A stretch of DNA of 64,000 nucleotides from assembly GCA_951406725.2 (NCBI GenBank), contig OX597819.1, forward strand, positions 60,078,001 to 60,142,000, written 5' to 3'. Of this stretch, positions 55,609 to 63,845 are shown piece after piece; position 1 is the stretch's first letter, and each line of letters starts with the position of its first letter. This stretch comes from Octopus vulgaris (taxonomy: Eukaryota). Below the pieces are notes generated by a model. It was not told the DNA's origin and did no database searches. It saw only the letters and a list, made by a program, of their open reading frames with translations. Made by a program: the position numbers and the translations under genes.

Positions 55609-58600
55609 TATGTGTGTCTGTGTGTGTTTATAGATGTAAACAATACAAGGTTTCACACTAAATTAGACAAGCAAATTACTTTCTATTCTGTCATAATAAG
55701 CCATTTCTCTTAGTTAGCAATACAAACAAAAATCAAATAAATACATTCTGATATATATAAAACAAAAACTACAAAAGTCACACTAATATGGAGTGTAAGA
55801 AACTGATTAAGTTACAAGATGCAAAAAAAAAACACAAACAAAACAAACAAAAGAAATAACCTGAAGACAAAACATTTAAATTAATCACATTTATGTTGGT
55901 TTAGTTTCAAAGATCATAAAATATGAGTGACTATATTACCTCGGCATCAAGGTATTGTAGAACACCTCCACTATAATCATCAAGATCAACACGAAAGGTA
56001 GGCAAGTGTTAAGGAGAATCAAAAGATGTAGATGGTTGCATAGAAATCTGTAAAAATGGGTGATTAATTTATCAATTGCAGCGTCGAAGGTGTTTATAAG
56101 ACATTTAAGGAACACAAAAACCGTTAGATTCACTTCAACATTTAAATTTAATTTGCCAAAATATTTTCATTGCTTTGAGACCGTGAGCATGGAATTTTGT
56201 CAGTGAACAGGTCGCGGTCTCAAAGCAACGAAAATATTTTGACAAACTAAATTCAAATGTTGAAGTGAATCTAACGGTTTTTGTATGTTTCTTAAATGGC
56301 TTATAAACACCTTCCATGCTGCAATTGTTTTTGTTCCAGCACACAATCTCAGATCAGGTCACTTGCTATGCAAGTACATCTCTGTAATTTATCAATTACT
56401 CTCTGATTTTATTTATTTATTTATTGCTTTTGCAGACAAAAGAAAAAAAGTAACTGTTTAACCCTTTAGCAGTAAATTCGGTCATATCTAGCTGAAATAT
56501 TCTACCTGGTTTATGTTCAAATTAGCCAGATTTGGCCTCTCACACCTACCTGCAATATCATTCTTAAAATATACAATCACATTATTGAAATCTTGAAGTT
56601 ATGAAATAATACATGATTAATTCAAAACAATGTGAATAAAAAAGCATTGCATTTGACAGTAATCTGAATGCTAAAGGGTTAAATACCAATATTTATGGAT
56701 CTTCAAACAGTTTGTTAAGTCAAGACAACTGAGATGAATAATAAAATGTGCCAAACGTGGCTGATGCCAGTACCCACTGACTAGCCCCCGTGCCAGTGGC
56801 ACGTAAAAAGTACTATCCGAATGTGATCGATGCCAGGCCCACCTGACTGGCTCATGTGCCGGTGGCACGTAAAAAGCTCCTGCTACACTCTTGGAGTGGT
56901 TGGCATTAGGAAGGGCATCCAGCTGTAGAAACATTGCCAGACCAGATTGGAGTCTCGTGCAGCTGCTGGCTCTCCAGACCTCAGTGAAACCGTCCAACTC
57001 ATGCCAGCATGGAAAACAGACATTAAATGATGATGATGATGTGCAACACCTGATTCTATAATTCTTTCATTATATAAGATGATGATTAAGTTAAATTCTA
57101 TAAATAAAAAAAGGCCTTCAGTTTATCAGGAACAGATTCCTGTGTGTTCCAATACTTTTAACGGTGTTGTAATCATCATCATTGTTCTGTGACACTTTCC
57201 AGTCTGGCATAGATTGAACAGATTTCCATAGTCTAAATCCATTCTTATTCAGATGATTGTCCTCTAAAACAAATCAAAGGATCATATCTTACTCCTATAC
57301 TTCACTTTTGCTATGGTTTCTACAATTGGATAGCCTTCTAACACCAACCACTTTACAGATTGTACTAGGTGTATTTTAATGTGGCACCAGCACTAGAGAG
57401 ATTGCTATGTCCTCAGCTAGTCCACCCTCTATGATGTCTTTGTTTATCAATTACTTACAGAGTGTACTGGATGCATATTATTGTGGTAACAGCACTAGAG
57501 AAGCTGTCATATCAACAGCCAGATAAAAAGAGACTACTCTCAATGTTGTCTTTGTTTGTCAACTACTTTACTAAGTGTATTGGGTACATTTTATTCTGGC
57601 ACCAGTACAAGAAAAGTTGTCTTGTCCCCAATAAGAACAGTCTTCTGAATTTTGTTTCCATTCCTTCGAAGCAAACATGACCAAGAAAGCGAATAATAAA
57701 TATTAACAGATTGTAAATGGTATCTGATATTGCGTATGTACATAAACATGGCTGTATAATTAAGAAGTTTGTTTTGCAAATATGTGGTTCCAGGTTCATT
57801 CCCTCTACGTGATACTGTAAGCAAGTGTCTTCTACCATAGAGATGATGCTTGCTTACAACTATTGCATAATGTCAAGATAAGGAGACACAAACAAACCAA
57901 CACACATGTACACATTATGTAGAACAGAGCCATTCTGCATCCAGTCCTTTAACAAGAAGCTAAATCACTAAGTTCAAAAAGGACCATTAGTCTCTGTAAT
58001 TAAAAGAGAAAACAAAATGGAAAATAACTCCAATAATTCGTGCTTAACTCAATGCAAAAACAAAAAGAGAATAAAAATAATAGAAAGAGATGAACACAAG
58101 TTAATAGTAAAGGATATTGTTCAAGTGAATCTTCTTGACTAAACAGGAAACACACTAGATAATCTCCAGTAGATGTAGTCCGAGATTTTGGTGACGGGGG
58201 TAGCACCGGTGTACTTTTGCAGGCAGGATTTGAATCAGATTTCCATAGGCAATAATAGCAGACTGATGGAAAATCTGAATTTTCACTGAAAAAGAATTTC
58301 TTTCTTTTTTATAAAATTGAAACAAAAATGAATCAGGTATGAAAATAAATAATAAATAAAATCACAGAATGGTTTATACTACCAGTTAAAAATAGCAGGC
58401 AAGTCAAAAGAAGACAATGTTATTTTTAAGGTTGTCCTTGATAAAGAAAGAGAGAGAGCAGTCATGGATGGAATGTTACATATCAATGCTGAGGTGGAGC
58501 TAAATAATACAACTGTTAGCTACTCTACTGTGAAATGGATCAATATTCAGCTGGACAGGTAGAGTCCTGTCCTTTGTCTAAGAGTGGAGACCTGATCCTT

Positions 58601-61200
58601 AATTTAAAGTATGAATTAGTCAACCAAATAGAATTCTGAAATTTGTACAATGACTGACTGAATTTAAGTTTCAATCATAATCTGAGAGAAATATTATTGT
58701 GGAGCTGAGCAAAGTGCTAGAGTTAATATGTGTACATCTATGTGATAAAGAAAGCTGCTTATTAATTAGCTTGGAGTATACAACTTTTACTAAAGGAAAG
58801 TAATTATTAAAGTCTATATTATCTAGAAAATTCTTACAAATTCCAATTGTAATATATATTTTTTTTATCAAAATTGGTTTTCAATCATCTTTTATTATTG
58901 AAGATTTCAACTAAGCAATTCAAACATAAAAGTAATTTCTATTCACTACAGCATAGTCATCTTACATTGTAAGGTAAGATTTCTAATATTTCTCTTTATA
59001 CTAGTGGAAATAAAGAGGCTGCCCTCCATAATACCTGATTTCTTCATAAATTGAGTGCTTAGTATGCTTGAGTGCTTACTGTGTTTGAGTGCTTAGTATT
59101 ATTCTGTAGTGAGACATGTTAGCAGTTTTGTTGTTGCAGCATAGCACAGTCATCCTTTGCCCATTTCATCCATTTACTACTGTCTGCAGAAGGATACATG
59201 TGGCAACATGGTCTTTTCAAGTGTCAGAGAGAGCTGCTGTTGAGACATCAACATGCTGATATGACGTTGTCAAACTGTTCAGTGATTATAAGCACACGTA
59301 ACGACATGCTGACATTTACTTTGTACACCACACATCTTACAAATCATTTAATCTAGGCAACACACTAACCACCAAGGACCATGCCATAGTAAGTTTGTCA
59401 AATGCCTCCAGCCATCTCTACACCTGAAATCACTTATTCATTTTACACGCATTATTATTTGTTCATACATTCACATGCATACTGTAATATCAATTACTCC
59501 TGCAAGGTGGCGAGCTGGCAGAAACATTAGCACGCCGGGCAAAATGCTTAACAGTATTTTGTCTGTCTTTATGTTGTGAGTTCAAATTCCGCCGAGGTCG
59601 ACTTTGCCTTTCATCTTTTCAGGGTCGATAAATTAAGTACCAGTTGCGTACTGGGGCCGATCTAATTGACTGGCCCCCTCCCCCAAAATTTCAGGCCTCA
59701 TGCCTAGAGTAGAAAAGAATACCAATTACTGCCACTCATACAAGAGGGTGTCCTCTCCTTAATAAAGTATGTTTATTTCTTTATACATTTGCTTCCTGAT
59801 CTGATTCTCTTTCATCACTCATTCAATGAACCTTGCTGCCAGTCACTACAATTTAACCTCATTGAATTAACTCGAAACATTACAAACTGGTGAAATTGCA
59901 TTTCATTGTAAAATACCTATATTTGAAACCTTCCTACATGCACACTATAAAATATGCTTTCTAAAGTGGTAATTATAACTTTTAATATCCCTTGTTACAA
60001 TTCTAAATTTATCTACTGACTGAGTAAATACTATTAGACAAATAAAAGATACAGAAGAGAATTAGTGGTAACATATCAGAAAAATGATACAAGTTGGGAA
60101 TCAGAAATGTAAATATTATTTAGTGACCAGCAGAAAACGACCAGGAAGGCAGTCTTTTTGCTAGTTATAATAATGAAGAATGTATTGACATTTACAAGTA
60201 TCAGAAAGATTTGAAGAAAGCAGGTATGGTTGCATGGTTAAGAAGATCGCTTGGCAACTGCATAGTACCAGGTTTCATTTCACCGTAGGATTCTTTTGGT
60301 AAGAGATGGTATTATGCCTCATCAAAAGAAATAATTATAACTAAAGTTTGGATAAAGGTAAAGAAAAGAAAATTTATGGAGCTTATCCATAATCCAAAGA
60401 GAGAAAATTCCATAAAAAACATTTCAAAATCTAAATCTTCATGGATTTAAAAAAGAGGATTTCAATATTCACCTAGAAGTTAAGCTAACAACATTTCCGC
60501 TACCAATGCAGTCAACACCTTTCGATAAACGCTGTACCAAACACTTCCGCAACTCAATTTCAATCCCTGCATTTAAATCTGTAGCTACAATAGAAAGACT
60601 GTAAAGAAAAAAAAAGATATATACATCTGTATACATATATAAGAAGAGGAGTGACAGTGACTTCGAAGTTTTGACCAGCTAGATTTTGTCAGACTGTCCT
60701 ATGAAGACTAGCAGACTGAAATTTCAAAGTCACTGCCACTCCTCTTCTTGGAAAAGTACAATAATATGTATTTCACAAAAGTATTGAGTACTTCTCCCAT
60801 TTAATGTTAAATAGTTTTTATTATAACTCAACATAAACACACACATATATAGTAATAATAATTAAATTCAAAAGAAAATTTAATGTAAATTTAATTAAAA
60901 TTTTGTTTGGGAATTTAATGACAAGACTAAAAAGGAACACATGTAAGATTAATACTCAAAATCATAGTAAATACAATGACAAAAGCCTAAAGTTTGCAAG
61001 GCACCAGAAGACCTCAAGAGACATGTTTACATCCATAGAACATCATTATCACTTTGCTAAATCTTCATTTGTCATTCATGACAAGAGGATCCATCATATA
61101 TATATACGTATCCTACCTTAGTTCTTCAATGTCATCATCACCCTTCTCTTGGTCCTCTACTGCAGCTTCACTTTTCTCTTGACACTTCCGTGGTTTGGAC
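23931..61200 (-). CDS. C17orf75: C17orf75/NJMU-R1 orthologue (subunit of the WDR11-FAM91A1-C17orf75 complex), 10 coding exons in window, 5' end missing
   Basis: Exons 61117-61200, 60473-60598, 58118-58285, 55940-55997, 37926-38045, 34152-34216, 29926-30140, 28108-28208, 26483-26553 and 23931-24081 join in one frame with matching phases to a TGA. Motifs ELRKCLVQRLSKG..GSGNV, VCYYCL, YLVCFL, FRVDLD, RFCKDW, IQDINTLNRFLKLAENDHYALYRAYMFLK match recalled human NJMU-R1 (ELRSFIAKRLSRG..GLGNV, GCYYCL, YVVCFL, FRLELD, RFCEDW, IQDTNNLKRFIRQAEMNHYALFKCYMFLK). Confidence 0.93.
24630..25618 (-). mobile_element. Longer copy of the same HINE-like element
   Basis: 24630-24822 and 25425-25618 are homologous to the two halves of 53384-53743, with about 600 bp extra internal sequence. 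Confidence 0.6.
26483..26553 (-). CDS. C17orf75: C17orf75 exon (71 nt, phase 0-2): CIQDINTLNRFLKLAENDHYALY
   Basis: Acceptor tttcttttacag, donor AG|gtaaga. Highly conserved peptide. Confidence 0.94.
28108..28208 (-). CDS. C17orf75: C17orf75 exon (101 nt, phase 1-0): ESCRFCKDWAEKLINSDRHNALCLKVTIDSYKLQ
   Basis: Acceptor caattttcag, donor CAG|gtagga. Contains the RFCxDW motif. Confidence 0.92.
29926..30140 (-). CDS. C17orf75: C17orf75 exon (215 nt, phase 2-1): NFIRSCTLDGISNL...KSFKFEPD
   Basis: Acceptor ttttctttgttttccag, donor G|gtaagt. Lies in ORF 29912..30151 and its phase fits both neighbours. Confidence 0.9.
31002..32396 (+). mobile_element. Helitron (copy 1), interrupted by a second Helitron
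   Basis: A|TC start, 3' hairpin GCCGTCATTATTGATGGC then CTAG|T. Homologous to 34529-35117. Confidence 0.7.
31346..32340 (+). mobile_element. Nested Helitron
   Basis: Inserted between A and T of CCTTA|TTTATATA (empty site visible in copy 2), no TSD, TC start, hairpin CCAGGCAAGGCTGG then CTAA. Confidence 0.65.
32676..33690 (-). repeat. Head-to-tail array of about 5 SINE family B copies
   Basis: Same unit with (AAT)n spacers. Confidence 0.8.
33700..34110 (-). mobile_element. 3' end of a LINE (Tx1/L1-like) with AATAAA and (ATT)n tail
   Basis: Minus-strand remnant RKLGVEREVL, then a T-rich UTR and GGCCAATAAAAGAATGAATTATTATT. Confidence 0.45.
34152..34216 (-). CDS. C17orf75: C17orf75 exon (65 nt, phase 0-2): ALLGIQLEINGGSEQLRKDIQ
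   Basis: Acceptor tgttttgtag, donor AA|gtaagc. Aligns to recalled ALSYTPVEV...KRDINR. Confidence 0.88.
34529..35117 (+). mobile_element. Helitron (copy 2, uninterrupted)
   Basis: A|TCTCCTAATATAATAATGAGC start, hairpin GCCATCATTTTTGATGGC then CTAG|T. Confidence 0.7.
35959..36752 (-). mobile_element. SINE-like element with GTGGCAC(G/A)TAAAA (Deu/Nin-like) modules, internal tandem repeats and (GAT)n tail
   Basis: Same tail at 1-140, 2250-2640, 27499-27975, 29280-29585 and 56748-57041. Confidence 0.75.
36753..37260. mobile_element. Penelope-like fold-back element with inverted pLTR-like arms
   Basis: About 36755-36907 and about 37050-37200 are reverse complements. An internal small inverted pair and a (AATGTAAAT)n tail are present. 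Confidence 0.75.
37102..37147 (+). ncRNA. Minimal hammerhead ribozyme motif of PLE type, intact core
   Basis: GACAC-CTGATGA-AGGCAG...CAGCC-GAAAC-GTT-GTGTT, with palindromic AACGTT replacing stem III. The mirror copy at 36811-36858 (minus) reads CTGAAGA...GAAGT. Confidence 0.65.
37926..38045 (-). CDS. C17orf75: C17orf75 exon (120 nt, phase 0-0): LSQIDTCVKDYLEAWPVIAMDYLCRCIDVLHDSIHHLIYC
   Basis: Acceptor tatcttcttccag, donor TGT|gtaagt. The 40 aa align to recalled ...IKSYLSSW...IQRVVLL...LLHA. Confidence 0.9.
38545..40415 (-). repeat. Head-to-tail array of about 8 SINE family B copies separated by (AAT)n
   Basis: Repeated unit of about 210 bp containing GGATGAAAGGCAAAGTCGACC..GGAATTTGAACTCAGAA on the plus strand. 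Confidence 0.85.
41454..41777. mobile_element. hAT (Charlie-like) MITE
   Basis: TIRs CAGAGGTTCCCAACC and GGTTGGGAACCCTTG, 8-bp TSD CTTTAAAG/CATTAAAG. Confidence 0.8.
47790..47976 (+). mobile_element. Penelope-like 3' terminal fragment in (TA)n
   Basis: TGAAAGAGC GTAG GCTC GAAATGT hammerhead-like hairpin plus GAAA. Flanked by (TA)n. Confidence 0.45.
48166..48390 (+). mobile_element. L2/Crack-like LINE 3' remnant (a related piece is at about 47050-47420)
   Basis: Translates as SLLAKMTILWNFLPVHIFP..LHMLK, resembling the LWNSLP C-terminal LINE motif. Confidence 0.45.
50783..51290 (+). mobile_element. Retroposon 3' end with (AAT)n tail (copies at 44331-44800 and 45683-45960)
   Basis: Three highly similar copies sharing ACAGATTTGCTTGTCAG..GTCCCTT.GTGG.TGAC.ATATGTGCATCTCTGA. 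Confidence 0.65.
52010..53185 (-). mobile_element. 5'-truncated, decayed CR1-clade LINE (reverse transcriptase remnant)
   Basis: Minus-strand peptides QYGFIP, DIIYLDFAKAFNSVPHKRL, VLGTLLFVAYIND and YADDTKL, with frameshifts and stops. Confidence 0.85.
53384..53743 (+). mobile_element. Helentron-associated (HINE/DINE-like) element
   Basis: 5' TTATTACTTCTGCC.. with subterminal inverse ..CCTTGGCAGAGG and 3' hairpin GCACTCTCTGAGCGC-TCTTGTT. Confidence 0.6.
54961..55005 (-). ncRNA. Minimal type I hammerhead ribozyme motif (G8U core variant)
   Basis: Minus strand reads AAATTGT-CTGATTA-ACG GGAA CGT-GAA-ACTC T GAGT-A-ACAGTTTT, with a perfect stem II and GNRA loop. Confidence 0.7.
55495..55540 (+). 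ncRNA. Minimal type I hammerhead ribozyme motif (decayed)
   Basis: AAAACTGT-CCGACGA-ACAGGAACAT-GAA-ACTC T GAGT-A-ACAGTTTT: 8-bp stem I, core (U4C), stem II with two mismatches, palindromic stem III, GUA triplet. Confidence 0.7.
55940..55997 (-). CDS. C17orf75: C17orf75 exon (58 nt, phase 2-0): HFRVDLDDYSGGVLQYLDAE
   Basis: AC acceptor after the U12 branch site, donor GAG|gtaata. Matches recalled FRLELDKY motif. Confidence 0.92.
56078..56384 (+). mobile_element. Fold-back Penelope-like insertion with 13-bp TSD inside the U12 intron
   Basis: Arms about 56074-56183 and 56214-56326 are inverted. Direct repeat TAATTTATCAATT at 56065-56077 and 56385-56397. Confidence 0.75.
56462..56678. mobile_element. 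piggyBac-like TTAA MITE (family also at 5387-5607, about 12146-12682 split by a SINE, 26780-26895, 32460-32676)
   Basis: TTAA-CCCTTTAGCA ... TGCTAAAGGG-TTAA. Confidence 0.75.
58118..58285 (-). CDS. C17orf75: C17orf75 exon (168 nt, phase 2-2): SENSDFPSVCYYCLWK...DYLVCFLFSQEDSLE, ending at a U12 AT donor
   Basis: Acceptor ttctttttcag. Exon ends GAA CA|ATATCCTTT. Conserved CYYCL and YxVCFL motifs. Confidence 0.92.
59504..59720 (+). mobile_element. Young solo SINE family B copy (others at 4531-4750, 7910-8075, 18325-18740, 23395-23615, 44790-45400, 46030-46405, 50555-50770, 53778-54300, 62442-62845)
   Basis: AAGGTGGCGAGCTGGCAGAA head, B box GAGTTCAAATTCC, GCCTTTCATC..GGGTCGATAAA core, CAATTACT duplicated on both sides. 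Confidence 0.85.
60473..60598 (-). CDS. C17orf75: C17orf75 exon (126 nt, phase 2-2): SLSIVATDLNAGIEIELRKCLVQRLSKGVDCIGSGNVVSLTS
   Basis: Acceptor tttttctttacag, donor AG|gtgaat, strong similarity to recalled NJMU-R1. Confidence 0.93.
60641..60825 (+). mobile_element. Fold-back element of the GACAGTGACTTCGAAGTTT family (hammerhead 3' half)
   Basis: Inverted arms 60641-60672 and 60718-60749. Related copies at 684-765 and 13291-13515. Confidence 0.6.
61117..61200 (-). CDS. C17orf75: C17orf75 exon (84 nt, phase 2-2): SKPRKCQEKSEAAVEDQEKGDDDIEEL
   Basis: Acceptor ttccattctag, donor AG|gtagga. Only one frame is open, and its acidic peptide corresponds to the region before the conserved SLS motif. 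Confidence 0.8.
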
Positions 61201-63485
61201 CTAGAATGGAAAGTAACTTTTATGATGTCAAGGGTAATTCACAATGGTAAGAAAGATAGGGTGCAAGTGAAGCAGAAAACGTAATGATATTTGTTATTGG
61301 CAATAAAAACTGGATGCAATGCAGATGGTTTTATGGAGGTAGCCATCATTATCTTCATCGTTGTTTTAATGTCCACTCTGCCATACTTGCACAAGTCAGA
61401 TGGAGTTCATTGAGGCAGATTTCCTAGAGTCACTTACAAAGCATCAGTCAACCAGGAGCTACAAAAAAATATGCCCCATCTTCAATCTTGTAACATTTGT
61501 TGCTAAAATATTTTTTATATGAGTAAACATTTTCCACCCCAACACAGGTACTACAACATATTTAATAAGTGCACTATCGAATTCTCATGCCTCACTACTC
61601 CAAACTTTGTCCAGATAATGACTGTTTTCAGCCTTAGAAAGATTCAGCCTCACACTACTAATACCAATCCAAATAACCTCAAGTATAATTGAAATCACCT
61701 GATAAATTGATCTTTAAATTCTAGATGTTTAGATCAGATATCATTTACCAAAGCAAAGTAATCCTATATAGGCCTCATCAGTAATTCATTTAAGTCCTGT
61801 CTCTACCAAAATATTAATTCCTTCTTTAATCCTGCCTAATATAAAGTCACTTCATTGTCAAGATGCAGAGATTAATCAGAAAACAATAACTAAAACCATT
61901 TCACTGATCCTGTGATGTGTGCATCATTGAAGCTTCCCACATTCTGTTCTCCAAGGAGAAACATTAAATATACACTCTGAAAGAATCACATTATGGTCAT
62001 ACAAAAACAATCATTAAGTAATACCTTATTCCTTACAGGTGAATCTCCAGTACCATCTGGAGTGATTAATGCTAAATATTTTGTCCCATTTGTACTTTTA
62101 CCCAACCTCTGCTTTTACGTTAACCTCCTACACACAATCATGCATGCACTTTACCATATCAAGAAAACACTGGCTCACACAAATGCATAACAGCATCTAT
62201 GTACACAGGCCTCTTCTAACAAACAACCCCAACTGTTAATATGCACACATGCATGTGCACACAACAGGAGATGCACCCATCCACATCTGTACATGACCAT
62301 GTCTTCATGCATGTATGCACACTCTCAATTGGCACCTAATGCACACCTAACCATAAGAGATACTCTATGCTCTGATTTACCAGTCATATACTCTATTGCA
62401 CCCAACACATTTCCCTGTATTGTACTGTAATCTAGTATATTAAGGCGGTGAGCAGGCAGAATCGTTAGCATACTGGTATTTTGTCAGCCACTACGTTCTG
62501 AGTTCAAATTGTGCCGAGGTTGACTTTGCCTCTTCATCCTTTTAGGGTTGATAAATTAAATACCAGTTGAGTACTGGGGGGGGGGGGGTCAATGTAATTG
62601 ACTATTCCCCTCACCCAAATTTCAGGCCTTGTCCCTATAGTAGAAAGAATTATTATTATTATTATTATTATTATAATTGTTAGAACACCTGGTGAAATGT
62701 TTAGCAATATTTTGTCTGTCTTCATGTTCTGAGTTCAAATTCTGCCAAGGTAAACTTTGCCTTTCATCCTTTTGGGGTCGATTAACTATGCACTGGAGTC
62801 AATCCCCTCCTCCAAGCTGCCCTTGTGGCAAAAATTTGAAATCATTATAATTTACTGTACTATGGACATGTAATTAGAATGTTCCAGGATGAATTGCAAG
62901 GTGGATTCTTCAAGTCAAGCCAAGCAGCAGGAGAGATATAGGGGTAGACCAGGAATGAGGTGGGTGGATAACACCCATAGTTTTAGTTGGTCATGCTTGG
63001 AAATTCAGCAGGAAAGTTTAATGGCAGATACTTGTGATAGGATCCTATGGAAGAAGTGCCTGGGGATTCTACCCCAACAAACTTCCCAAATGTATGTGTT
63101 TATTTGGCTACTTATTTGCATAGGTGCATCTGTATGCATACTCTTGTGTAGATATATTTGTATACATATGTCTGTGTATATATAAATAGATGTGTGTATT
63201 TTTCCCTTGTTAACAATTAACACGGAAAAAATTTATAAATAGTTACCAGGGTATCAAAAAATCACTCAAGTAAAAAGGTTGTAACTCCTTGTTTTTAAAG
63301 ATAGAAACTTCGGGTTTACGTGAAATATTTTTAATAATATATATAAATAAATAAATGGAGTTAAACGCAGCTGTTATTCAAATTCTTTTACTTCCGACAC
63401 ATTTTAAAGATATCATTGGTATTATTATTATTATACATAAATATATATACACATATGTCTGTATATATATATATATATTTATGAA

Positions 63486-63845
63486 TGGAACGCAATGGCC
63501 CAGTGGTTAGGGCAGTAGACTCGCGGTTATAGGATCGTGGTTTCGATTCCTAGACTAAGCGTTGCGAGTGTTTATTGAGCGAAAACACCTAAAGCTCCAC
63601 GAGGCTCCAGCAGGGGGTGGTGGCAAACACTGCTGTACTCTTTCACCGCAACTTTCACTCTTCCTTCCTGTTTCTGTTGTACCTGTATTTCAAAGGGCCA
63701 GCCTTGTCATACTGTGTCATGCTGAATCTCCATGAGAACTATGTTAAGGGTACACATGTCTGTGGAGTGCTCAGCCACTTGCATGTTAATTTCATGAGCA
63801 GGCTGTTCCATTGATTGGATCAACTGGAACCCTCGTTGTTGTACG
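63486..63845 (+). mobile_element. tRNA-derived SINE with the head of 19325-19646 and the tail of 48781-49085
   Basis: GCAATGGCCCAGTGGTTAGGGCAG head, GTACCTGTATTTCAAAGGGCCAG tail. Confidence 0.75.

Larger units (their letters stand above)
55998..58117 (-). other. U12-type (minor spliceosome) AT-AC intron, 2120 nt
   Basis: 5' end ATATCCTTT (58117-58109), branch site TCCTTAAC (56015-56008), 3' end CTAC (56001-55998), no polypyrimidine tract. Splicing here keeps the frame and homology (SLE-H-FRVDLD). Confidence 0.93.

Noticed and set aside
742-63814. Most ORFs in the supplied six-frame track
   Set aside because: They are translations of SINEs and microsatellites (CVCV, IYIY, NNNN, recurring RLPNPLTRL and LQLDALPNANH). 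Only 23931..24134, 29912..30151 and 58000..58206 contain real exons in frame.
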